From the NCBI GenBank assembly GCA_963924565.1, contig OZ004613.1:7998001-8062000 (forward strand): a DNA stretch of 64,000 nucleotides, given 5' to 3'. Each line of letters starts with the position of its first letter. The first letter of the stretch is position 1. The notes beneath the pieces are model-generated. The model was not told the DNA's origin, searched no databases, and was given only the letters and a program-made list of their open reading frames with translations. A program made the translations under genes and the position numbers. Shown here one piece after another: positions 26,698 through 39,800 of the stretch. This DNA comes from Ascidiella aspersa. Taxonomy: Eukaryota.

Positions 26698-29494
26698 TGA
26701 TAAAGCATATACCTGCGGACTGCACTGTATTAGGCCTTTATGATAATTCAAACATAGCGCGTGTATTGGCAGGGCCGCAAACAGTTGAAAGCACTTTTAT
26801 CCATGCCCTAGCAAACATTAGACACTTTTGTGGTAAACATGCTACTAAAACCTTGACAAACTGGACGAAACTGCATACGTTAACTGCATGGTTCTGAGCA
26901 GATATTTGTAGCGTATTTTACAACGAACTTGTACGGTTTGCCATCAAAATTTGCATTTATTAGAAAGTATGAATAAACCATTTTAAGATATTTTAGTTAA
27001 TCAGTTAACTCAGAATCAGCCAAAAATGCAATGGCTAGAAAGCATTGTTTTTGAGCCAGCAAGACCTCTCTAAAACTAGCCTAAATGTCTAAAATTAGCC
27101 ATAACTTGGCCATCCTGTGTATTAGTCAAATTGGAAAAAAACGTTCCTATCACTTTTCAAAAATCAACACTATACACAAACAGCAGCCTATCTGCATAAA
27201 AATAAAATACTAACTTTCAGACAGGGTATAGGTTCTCGAAAATAAAGCAATACAAAAACGTCATATTTTGGTAACTTCAGTCAGTTGTTTATTTGGGTAT
27301 TTCTGCAAAACAGTCGATTTCAATTCGATTTAAACGAATAGCAAGACAATTTTCAGGACGGAGTTTAGTCATAGCAACAAAATAAATCTCAACACATCGG
27401 CATTAAACTAAGGTGGAACATTAAAATAAATAATTGTAAATAATTCAAATTTAGGCAATAAGCCGCAATATAATTGTCAGTATCGTAAACAAGTCATTTT
27501 GAAATGCCCTAAGTCTCAGTCAAGTCATTCGTAAAATAACTTCAGTCCCAGTGAAGCCATTCATAAAATATCTTAATTTTAAGTTAAGTATTTTTGAATA
27601 AACAGCAAGTCAAGTCCCAGACCAATTAAGTTATTAGCTGACAAATTCAAACCCTGGTCAAGTCATAATTAAAGCAGTCCAACTGCAACTCAAGTCCTTC
27701 TTAATATGGAAACAGAAAATTGTAAAATCGGTAATTCCCTGGTTGGTCAAGAATTGAATTTACCAGAGGAGCTGTTTTTTCATTTGTATTACTATGCCTG
27801 GTAGGAACAGTTTATATATTAAATAATAAAATGGAAATGGGTACGTGTTTGCTACAAATTACAAAAGTTGTTCAGAAAATAAATCACAGTGTTGTAATCT
27901 AGACACATTGATATAAATGAAAATTGACTGTATTCCAACACTTATATTTTGTTTCATTAAAAATAGAAAAACAGCCGAGCGTTTTTATTGGGTGAAAATA
28001 TTCATCACGAGTCATTAAAGAAAATGACGCCATGGTAAACTTTTATCGCAACGTACAAGAACGAAAATGCGACACACAAAATTCATAAACAAACAATCTT
28101 TACATATACGTTAAGCGTCTTTCGCAAAGGTGGCTGTGTGTCCACCTAATTTGGGTTTGGCAATGCAGTCGCTAATCGTCATTGACCCATATAGTGACTC
28201 ACATTAACACGAATATATAAAAAAATAATACAATCCTGTAAAATAAGCATAATAATTAAAAGGTTTGATACAAAAATCATTCTTAAATCTTAATAGTTAT
28301 ATGTGACCCAGATTAATTTAGGTCACAATTTTGGTCTTATTGAAACACAATCTTGGTCTTATTGAAAACAGTGTATCCAAAAAAGTAAACCGATGCTATT
28401 TGGGATTGTATAACGAAAGGAAAATTGATTCGCCGCCAACGCGAAACGCGTTTTTATTTATTTAGTTTTTAATGTAGCCTGATTTGTTTTCAAATACGAA
28501 TTAAAGGTTTTGGAAAGGCCTCAACCAAATATATTCCTTATTAGCTCAACACAGCTAAAACATGTTTTACTAATTATTATTATTAAAATCGGAACAAACA
28601 TATGTGCCACCAATAAGCGCAAATGTAATCGAGAGTCCTGACACAAGCCAAATACGAAAATAAAATTATAGAAGAGCCAAATAAGAAACCGAAAATTGTA
28701 CACAAGGCAAAAATTGATGGTCGTTATGACGCATTTTCCTATCTGTCTTTACTTCGTCTAATTAAACGATTCGTTACAATTTCTGCGTTTTTAAGTTACA
28801 TATTTAGTTGTGATAATGGTTTATATATTTTGTTTATAGTGAATTTTTTTTTTAAACTCGGGAATCGGATAAAATAATAAGTCACGAAAATGGCGCAACG
28901 CGTGAAGAAATGGTTAAAAGTTGTGCTCTGAACGAGACTAAATATTTATTGCAATTATTCCTATTTTTGCGAAATCAGCGAATATCGGCAAAGATCTACC
29001 AGCAAGTTTCCCGATGTCAAAACGATGTAGAAATGTAGCCAATATGGCTCTACGACTGCATATAATTGACTTGAAACATCCTTACAACATATATTAGTAA
29101 CGCGGAAAAGCTATGCCACAAAATTACACATGTTTGTTTTAGATCACCCCTTACAAACTGTAATATCGTATAGATTTTAATCAAAAACGCGCTTACAGTA
29201 ATGACTTTAAAAACGGAATTACAAAGTCAAAATTTCAAGACTGCAAAACTGCAAAACTGCAAAAACAAAATGTGATAAAAATCATATGTTTGCAAAAGTA
29301 ACTGTTGCTCAATTAAGTAAAACAGATATTTGAACAAATGTATTAAAATATAGCCTACAAATTCAGAGGTTTCCTCTAAACACGTTTCACTGGTATAAAT
29401 ACAGGATTATCAAGAATTTGCAGACTAAACAAACCATTTTGTATGAGGAAAATCTTTCACTTAGCAAATTAAACTGGCTTACAAAAACAATTTT

Positions 29495-30255
29495 ACTTAC
29501 CTTCTGAGCAAGTATTTTGACAATGATAATAATTATATTAAAAACAGCTTAATATGTTTCTTATAGAAAAACATTGGAACACTCTGTTGGCGCACAAATC
29601 ACGTTGAATTTTATGTTTTGACATTGTTTTAAAACTTATGTTTTTGCTGTTCGCATGTCCAAACAGAAAACTGGCAAATTAATTAAAAAGTTAAACGTTA
29701 TTCTAATAAAATCTGTAGTTTTAGTGATAAATGTATGCAAAAATGCCGGCAAGATGGCGTTTCGTGTTGGCTACACGCAAAATCATCAAATTGGTGAAAA
29801 CGTTCACAAACTTTGCGGCACTTATTAGCCCAAACGGGTGAAACTTTCCGCCAGCAAACGCCACTGTAGGATAATGCAATCTTGGCACCACATTTTGACG
29901 GCAAACATTTACACAACCAATCGCCAGGGCCGAAATAAGACCCAGAAATACATGCGAATTTGCTCGAAAACTGTTCAGCGTTTTTACGCAGCGAACGCCG
30001 TACGCATAAAGCAACAGCTCAACGCAACCACGTGACTCAGGCCGAATCACTTGCGCGGGTTTTCTGCCAATTTAGAGGGAGAAAGTCTACACAGCTGATA
30101 TTGCCTCGTGCCGTTTCCGAGCACGGGCGTTGTTTTGCACGACGAGTATGCTTTTCTAAATGCCTGTCGTCCCAATTATCAAGTTCACAGACGGTCAGCT
30201 AATTTCCAGTCGGCGATGTTAACTCTTGTTTTGCGCTCTCCTTAAAACGGTAAGT
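29495..30255. promoter_or_regulatory. Candidate NSD promoter and first non-coding exon
   Basis: CpG-rich stretch with YY1-like CAAGATGGCG (29750) and E-box/AP1-like CACGTGACTCA (30030). Plus-strand donor ACG|GTAAGT at 30250 would pair with the acceptor at 30800, 4 nt before the ATG. Confidence 0.5.
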
Positions 30256-30804
30256 TTTTTGCCATGCGAAAAACACGTGGAGACTGTGTCTAGTCTGGGC
30301 GGTCTGCGAAACCTTTGTTCGTTTGTCTGCGTCGTTTATTTCACAACCACAGTTTGCTTAACAGTTATGGCATTTGGATACACCACATACATTTTTTTAT
30401 GTAACAACTTTTCAGTAATTCAACTATTAACTATCTTAATTTTATTCCATTAAAAATTCAACACAGTTTTGTATTATATTTTACAAAGTAGTTTTTTTCA
30501 AAACTATGCAAAATACGTTTTTGCCAATTTATTTTAAGCACTAAAATATGATATTTCAATGAACAATTGGTTAACAATGTAATGTTGATTTTAGTCCAAC
30601 ATTATTGCAAATTATATTAGTTGGTAATATTTTATTTGAATGCAAAATATTCAATCCATTTTGCAATATATAAGTGTTTTTTTGCAAAACTAAACCGCCA
30701 ATTACAAAACAAACAACTATAATATTGGTAATATAAGTGTTTTCTTTATTTGCATTATGTTTGACATTTGCTTAATAATGAAGCATTATACTTTATGCAG
30801 CAAA

Positions 30805-33800
30805 ATGGTGTCGAATGGTGATTTCGTGCAAAGTCTGGTGACCCAGAATCTGAAAAACGATGTTATACAACCAAAGTTTAATGAACAAATGGACGACATT
30901 TCAGATTCCACAAAACCAGCCACACATGCCATTTTGAATGGAGATACTGCTGCAACCGATCATACACATGAGAATACAGATATTTTCGAAAAGCATTCCA
31001 ATTCAGTAAATCTGGAAAAACCTGTTGTTACAACTAAAAAGCCAACAACTGAAAATAAACTTCCAGTTGTGATGGAAGAAAATACACAAAAAGACGCTGA
31101 AAAATTGAGTGAAACAGATACAGTAGCTAACAATGGCTTAAATAATGCTGTAAATGTGTCAAAAACCATTATCGAAGAGCTTATTACTTCTGTTCTTAAA
31201 CAAGAAGATATTGACAGCTTGAAATCGGAAATTGGAAATACATTTGCCAAAAATCCTACTGGTATGTTAATTTTTGCATATCCTTTAATTAAAGTCTTCA
31301 ATTCTATTATTTGTTAGTTCATTAATAGTTAACTATTTATCTTATGGCTTCTGTCTAATATTTTAGAGGTAACTTTTAATTTTAGGTCTTTCGCTGGCTA
31401 AAGATGATAAAGAAGTTCCAACCTCACCTAGGTTTGTGTCCTTTTTCTATTTAACTTAAAATTATTTATTTGATTACAATGAGATGACCCTTGTATTATA
31501 CATATATATATACCTGTTTTATTTTAGTTTATATGTTAGTGTAGTGGTTTTCAACCTTTTACAGCTTACGGCTCCCTGCCCCCAAAAGTGAATATATTTC
31601 GGCGCCCTTACCAGAATTTTCACAGCATAATCAACATGTTGGAAAATATATTTTGCTTTATTGTCCTCATATCACACGCAAAGAGTTTGTATCAAAATTT
31701 TAACCAATAACAGCAAAAATCAAACCTCAAGATTCCCAAATATTTCGCAGCACCATTGAGCATTAGAAATGGCACCCCGATTGAGAACCACTGTGTTAGT
31801 TTGTCTGCTACTACTTGATTGGAGCTGATTACAGATACCAAGTGCCAGTGTTGTTATTAATCATAGGGTGATCATGGTCCTGATCCGAACCCACAAAAAA
31901 CTCAGAACTGTTTTATTTTTGTCAATTTTGTTTGTTTAACCATAGCAATTAGTAATGACATTATTTCGCGTAGATTTACAGCCATAATAGCATGCATCGG
32001 TATCAGAATGAAATTTCAACTGTCAGACATCGCTAATACATGTATAATTTATTATTATTAAATCGTTTATTTCACCATTCAATCATTTGTTTAAGAGAGA
32101 ATATATATATTTGAATATAGAAATATGTTAGGAACAATCTATTACAGTTTTCTATTATTAAAACGTTTTTCAGAGTTTCGAAGAGAAAAAGAAAGCCCAA
32201 AAAATCCCTGGACTACGATGAAGAAAAAACAGAAGACGCAAAGCCTGAACCACTTCCACCAAAAGAAAGGGTAATTTAAGATAAAAAATGACATAACATA
32301 CCACATATTCAACGCAATAGGACAGGTTGTTGGCTACGCCTGATATCTATATTTGGTTAGTTTAGAATTTTTATCTCCAAGTCTGTTATGTGCCATTTTG
32401 TCAATTAAGAATGCCGTTGGCAATCATTTGACCTAGTTTGGTGTTTGTAAATTTTGTAAAGCACAATAAAATTTGCTTATTAGCTGCATTAAACTTAGTT
32501 CATAAATATGACTATATCTCAACTTCCTAAGTTTGGCTTTATTGTTTTAGATCCCCATCATAGAAACCGAAATAACATGGAAGATTGGGGACTTGGTTTG
32601 GGCTTATGTCCCCGGTCATCCCTTATGGCCCTGCATGATTACTCTCCATCCAGAAGAGGAAATATTCACAAAGATGCACGGTCAGTTATGACAGCTGTAA
32701 AAACTATACATTATACCAAAATATTAAAATTTCCAATTTTTGTAAAATAGAATATGTTGAATTAATTGTTGGATTTTGTGGTTCTTGTATAAGATAATTT
32801 TATGACACAGTATAAAGAATCATTAAAAACATTTAGTTGTAGTTGCAACAATATCCATTATATCAATAGGCCACTCTCTTGTTAACAGATTTACCTTCTT
32901 TTGGTTACATTTTTATATCTGGTTATAGGTCGCGGGCCGAAAGGGTGCCGAGTATACCACGTTCAGTTTTTGGGCGACAGGCCAGAACGAGGTTGGATCA
33001 CGGAAGCTAGAATCTTTGTTTACGAGTCTCCAGAGGATTATTCGAGAATCATTAAAGATTTAACCGTAAAAAGTAAAAAGATGCCGTCAATAAACAAAAT
33101 ACCAAGAATGGACATTCCTGTAAGGTAGGTATATTAGTTTTAGTTTTAACTGTTTGTCAACTATTAATGTACGCATATTTCTCAACATTAAATACTTCTA
33201 AAAAGTTGCAGCCTTAAATTTCTGCCTTGGCAGTAATATCCTCCAATTTTATAATATTTTGATAAATCCTGACCTATTTTTTTTAACACTTTGTTGTACA
33301 TAAGGCAAACATGTGTCAGAAGCTCAAAGTTTGTTTCACAAAACTACAATTATATTTTTTGCCGTCAAATGTTTTAGACCGATTTTTGTACGATACTTTA
33401 TAGAAAAAGTATACATCGTAGAATTCTCAAATTTTCAGACAAGACGCAGAGTGGCATATAGGTGTGCATAAGACGTTCATGAGTCTGCAACCCTAGGGAC
33501 CTTCGATTGGGGGGCAAAAAACCTAAAATATTGTGACGTCATTGAATTAGCTTTCTGTAGCTGTCGACCACCATCTAGTTTTACTTATTATTATGCGACT
33601 TGTTATGTTGCCCGAAAAAAAAAAATTTTGTACAGATGTTGTGTCTGAATTATTTTTTTAATATTTGTTTAGTTTCAATATTGTAAATCTTCGTTAGGTT
33701 GAAAGATAATTGGGATTCGGCAGTTGCTGAGATACTTGAAGCTGTCCCACATTCAGCCGAAGAACGAATTCAATTGTTTGGCTACGACTTCAAGCCCTTT

Positions 33801-36800
33801 ATCAAAAAGCTGGTTAAGCAGAAAGTTGATGTAAGTCAAGACTGTTCTTATGTTACACTCTTTTTTTTTGCCAGATTGCTGACAGTTTTTGGTAGGCAGC
33901 AAGCAAGTTAAGAAAATTAATCTTTGATAATTTATCTACACCCTAATAGCTATGTCCCCTGGTATTTACCTATCTATTACATAGAAGACTAAAACGGATT
34001 TGAAGGGCAAGCACTGTCTAACAAAATCATTTCCATTCATTTTTTTCAATTTTGTGGTTTTGGTTACTTGCATGAAATTTTGGAATACGCTATAAGTGAA
34101 ACTTGGCATACTAGTTATGAAATGGCCTAGTGAATTTTAAAGCCTATACAGAAGTAGGTATCATTTTTAACGAATCGACTAACTCTTCATTAGATGTTGA
34201 TTACCTACTTTCTGTATGGGCTTTATTATTCTAAATACGTCTTACTAAAACCTCAAACCAGTATGCTCCATAGTTATAAATAAATTTTTAGAGTTTATGT
34301 ATTGCATGTTTTTGTTTATTGGTGCAAGGCTTTATAATTTTCATTTAAAACGTTAACTTGAGTGACTAATCCTGTTTGATACATTTCTAAAAGAATAACG
34401 AAGAGGTGTCGGCGCAAGCTAAAAACACAGACCTACAGGAACTCCTGATTCAGGCATTACAACTAGACTTACTGCCATCGGATGAAAACAGCGTCATTCA
34501 AAGCAAATTTTCTGCAAAAAACTTTCAAGAAATTGCAGCAGGGGACGCAATGTTAATTCCAGCCTCAACTGCTATGAGTAAAAACAGTATCAGTGACCAA
34601 AATACCTCACAAACGCAAACAGATGTTGTCATCTTTAAAGAGGATTCTGTAGTAATTCTTAAAAAATCTGTCAGTTCAGCAGAACTACCGAATGTCCAGT
34701 GCCAACCCTCTATGCAAGATATTGATGTAAATTTTGAAACAACGGACACCTTCAAATCCATGTCGAATAAGGATGGCAACTTAAAATCTGGACAGAGTGA
34801 AAGCGTTTTGAGTAACGACTTTAAAACAGCCATAAAGAGTAACAGGACTGCACAACCGGAAATGGCAGGTCCTGCAAGTTGTGTAGCAGCGGTGTCAAGT
34901 GAAAAAGCAATTGATAAGACTACTAGCCATGTCGGATATGGCCAAACTTCTTTATCAACAATTCATTCTGTGCCAGACTGCATTGAACTACCCACTCCAA
35001 AAGTGACAAAATCTATCAGAACTAGTTTGCTTTTTTCCTATGTGAGTAGTAAGCCTAAAAAGCGAGTGTCGCTGGGAGACCAAATTGACACCTCACATAT
35101 CAGAAGACTTTCTTTAAACATCCCTGCGCAAAATCGAAGAAAATGCAAATCGGAATCGCATATATCACTATCGAAACTGGGAACTACAACAAACACTGCC
35201 CTTTCTGAAAACACTGAAAGGCGAGAAAAGCAAATGCACACATTGCTTTCTGAACAAAGTATCGCAGAGCAAGAACAAACTGTTTTGCACTGTGAAAAAA
35301 CAGCCACTTTCCGACAGTGTCTGGGACTCATTGCCAAACATACGCCAGCAGCACTTAGTCAAAGTTGCACATTGACAAAAGAAAGAGCCGAAAATGCGGT
35401 GGCTGCTTTAAAATCAGAGTCGTCCGATGCCGCTGCGGAAACGACCTGCTCTTGTACTGCGTTAAAAGAAACCAGGGGTATCGGAGACAACACGTACACT
35501 GTCCGTGAGCTCATAAGTGCAATTAACTTGGTCCAGGACGGATTCCCGGTTCGCGCTGTTGCCCCCAACTTTCAGATTCCTTCGTCTACCCTTTTCGATT
35601 ATTCAAGTGGCAAGAAACACCTGGCCGTCAAGCACCATTCCGACTGTAAACTTTTTGCCAAGGGAAAGTTTGTGATAATCCAAAACCAGGTGCATCACAT
35701 TCGACTGATTGGCGAGTCGCGTCGACTAAGAATTGCCGAAAAACTGGACAAAGCCAAACCTACAACTCCAAGTTCGATTCCCAAGGAATCTTTAGAGTTA
35801 AAAGTCACACAACAAAAAGATAAACCTACAGCAAGTTTAAAATATCCAAGAGTTTTACTTAAAAAACATGTAGAAAATTCAACTTCTGTTCCTAAAGTAA
35901 CAGAACCAGATATCGCCCATATTGGTCGTAGAAAACTAATTGCCGCCCAAAGAAAATACAAGTTACTTCCCGAGAAAGATAAACTCCCAGAATCTGGTGT
36001 CCTAAATAATGACAACTTCCAATCAGCACTGAGGCGGTGCATCAGAGGAAAAAAGCTAAGTTTGGCAGCAAGACAGCATAACATTCCCGTGCAAGATTTT
36101 TCTGACAAGATCCTTTCTCTTTTGGGAAAGGAGAGAACACAGCAAGACTGTCCCCCTAAACCTGTCCGTGTGAATTCCTACACTCACAAAAACATGTTGG
36201 AAGCACTTGACGCATATTTTAGCGGCGCCTTGACTCTCAGTCAATCCCACAGAAAGTATAACATACCTGGAACAACGTTAAGGGACAGTGTGGTTCGCAA
36301 CAAAGCCATTTATGACCGGGTGATCAAAAACCCGAAAATGCAAAGAAGAAGTCGCGTTGCTCTGCTTATAAAAAATATGAATTTCTTCCGAATGTTTGGT
36401 TCAAACTCGAGACGCAAAAGTTCAACCCGGCTTTTAATGTCACAGGAACGAAGCAGGCCAACGGAAAACCTGAGGTCATCGAAAACCTCAAATTTAGTTG
36501 CGAAAACAACAAACCTACCTCAAGACGCGAAAAAAGATACTGTTGAGAGGCCGAAAATGGCTGCAAGAACGTACAGCTTAGAGATCTTGCAAACTGCAAT
36601 TGCGCAAGTGCGTTCTGGGGATAGACTGGTGGAAGTGGCGCACAAGTACAACATACCACGTAGCACCCTTTCCGATCATGTGTTTGGGCGCCACAGAAGA
36701 GGTCTGTCCAGTGGTTTAACTGCTCGGTGGACCGCTGATCTCGACAAGAAAATCGCTATTTGCATCAAAGAAATGATGCGCTGGGGTTGGACCTTGAGCA

Positions 36801-39800
36801 AAAATCAACTTTCGTCGTTAGTTGCCGAGCATTTGACGGCAATTGAAAGCAAGCACTGTGTGACTGATATTTGGCAAAAGTATTTTTGTTGTCGTAACGG
36901 CATCATTACCAGCGATGTTAATGAAGCCATGTCGGATACTGAAGCCGACCCCTATACAGTTTACTCCTTGTTCGACAGACTGGAAGAAGCGCTGAAAAAT
37001 TTTGGTCTTGAGAATAATCCCTCACAGGTGTTTCTAATCCACGAGCTCCCAATAACAGCAATTGATTTACCGCAAGCCAGTACTCTTCTAACTGTTAATG
37101 CAACTGGCGAGAAATTCACCCCTCTTATCATTTTCAAAAATGACACTATATGGACCTGCGATCAAAAAAAGCCATTTTGTTATTCGGCAACAATGACGAG
37201 CAGTGGCTTTCTTGACCGCACCACTTTTTCTCGGTATTTAAAAAACTTCGTTGCTGACATTTCAAAACCCACTGTGTTTTTGTTTGACGGCCAATTGACA
37301 GACCTGACAATTGGGTTTTTATCGTGGGCCTTGGAGAAAAAAGTGGTAGTGCTAAAACTGCCATATCCATCGAGCAAAATAATCTTTGACGTTCCGTACA
37401 GTAATGTTGTCAAGGCTATGCGTCAAATCCTGGCAAGAAAAGCAAAGCAAACGAGAAACAATAACAGAAGTGCTTTGTCGCTTGTAAGTGAGGTTTGGGA
37501 CAATGTGCTGACTCCAGAAACAGTAATATCCAGCTTCGACGAAAGCGGCTTTTTCCCAGCCAATCGCGACAAGTATCCGGCAGAGACCTTCAATCCAGAA
37601 AAGCTGCACGATTTCTGTCTCCGAAATGGAAACAATCTCTCTGGCTCGCTAAGGCCACAAGTATGTTGAACAATCAGCCAGCAGACCGTATGCTTGACAG
37701 CCAGTTTTCAGCGCCTTCTCCCTTTAATTTTTTAACCGGTATTCTTATTTCAGTGTTCTGGAACAACTGTTCTACTGCTGCTGCCAAAGATGGCCACTTT
37801 GCTATTTTTTCTCTCCTTGGATTTCTTTGTGATTTTTTTGGCTGAAATTTGTCGCATTGAAGTTTGTGCGCACAGCAGTGTTCGTTTGTTGTTCCAGAAC
37901 ATTGGACATTAGAAGATGTTTGGTTGTGAAAATTATTTTAAAAACCTAACCCGGTTGAAAGCAAAAAAACTGGCTTTCAGGCAAACGCTGCTGTGCGTAC
38001 TTTATTACCTCACAATTGACATTTGTTTTCTAACAAATCTACTCTTGTTATGCGCAGGAGTCCGATGTCAGTGCCCAAAAGAAGACGCAGATTGGTCGCA
38101 AATTGCAGCAGTTAAAGCAAAAGCAGGCGGTCAAACGTCTTAACACTGCAAAGGCGCGAAAGACTGAACAGCTGAGAGCAATTCGGAAGCAAAAAACAAG
38201 AATACACCAGTCCGGTATTGTCATTTTCTATTTACTGTTTACGGATTTTAAATATGTTTAACCATAGCAGCCTCAAAAACAAGGTATTGCATTACTAATC
38301 TTAAATTATTTAAATTAGGGTAACTTTGAACATTTGTTGGATTTTTAGCCCAGGTAGTTTGCCATACAAGTTAACCTAGAATGCAAAACTAAAAAAACAC
38401 ATTATATATTCATCCTTACATAGGGTTGTTAACCCTGGCTGAAATGCTTGTTTTAATTTGGGTGTTATAAGCACAAATATGATTCAAGTTGTGAATTAAA
38501 TACTGCTACTATGACCTGGCATCAAGAATATGATCCCAGATTCTTATTTTAAGTCACTATATTACCAAGATGTTTTTTTGCCAAGCTAGTTGCTTTTGAT
38601 AAAAAAAACAATTATTTCACAGTTTATATAATTATAAAAGCGACATGTTATTTGTTCAGATATATATCTGTTTTTGTTACAAATTTTGTTTTCAAACGTG
38701 TACGGCTACCAACTAGAATCTGTACTAATTGTACAGTTAAAAATACAAAAAAAATGTATTTGCAGATCAGTTGAAGCAAAAGTTGTTGAATGGACCGCAA
38801 TGCCGCAACAAACTTTCTGATGCCAAGTTGTTTGAGCTCTATTGCCAACACCACAAACCATCGGTAAATAATACTAAACATAGATCTGTTATTCATAGAT
38901 TTGTTCATTTTAAATTATGGTTACCACAGTTGTAGTGAAACAACTGATATCTTAAAGCATATGTTTAAAACAATAATTTTGCTACCAAATTACTTATAAA
39001 ATATATCATCATTGTTATTATACATTATATTCCCTATAACTTTTGGGTTGTTCTTTCTATACAGGAGAATATAAATAATTAAAAAGCATTTTTTCTTGAA
39101 CTGGTTTAAAAAAAGGTTAAGTTATCTGCCATCCTGTACAGCAGACGTTCTTAATCTTTTTTACCTTATCACCCATTTCTGTCCAGATCAAAGTCCCATT
39201 ACCCAAAATCCTATTTTATCTATTTTGCTATTTTACCATACTAAAAATACAAAACACCGTTATTCAACTCAATATAGATCGCACGTCTCAACACTAACTC
39301 TAAATGTACACTTAGCTGTACTACTCCAAACAACTCCACTAAGAATACCTTAAAAAATGAACATGACAGCGATCAAGCTGCTCATAAAACAGCTGTAACT
39401 GAACTGATTATGAAAAAATAGCTAGGCTAGCTGATACAAGAAAAATCTTAGTACTACGCCATAAAAATAAAATATGTAAACAGCCGACAAAACATATCAC
39501 TTTGACGAAACAATTCTAAAATTGATAAAATATCACTGTGCTTGTTTGGTTGTTTTAAAAGCACTCAAAACATTAAAAAGTGTAAGTAATAAAGAAGTTT
39601 TACCACTTATAGCTGTGACATTGTTTGTTAAAACCATAATTCTAAATATTCTGGTCAGCTGATTACCCACCTGTCATCCTGAAATTACCCACATTGGGTA
39701 ATTCTGCATAGGTTAAGAACCGCTCCTGTACAAAAATATTGTACAATGAGTTACTGATAATTTTTTTTGACTAGTTTTGATTATCACTGAAAGCCCTTTT

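Noticed and set aside
29698-30453. Cluster of short ORFs upstream of NSD
   Set aside because: They have no recognisable protein features and are explained by the higher GC content of a promoter-like region.
34525-37635. Multiple antisense ORFs over the transposase exon
   Set aside because: These are shadow frames of the long plus-strand ORF with no recognisable motifs.
34406-37669. Active autonomous DNA transposon or stand-alone gene starting at GTG 34406
   Set aside because: No TIRs or TSD were seen, the first catalytic Asp is lost, and the frame opens at a splice acceptor rather than an ATG (first ATG at 34550). An independent nested gene is not formally excluded.
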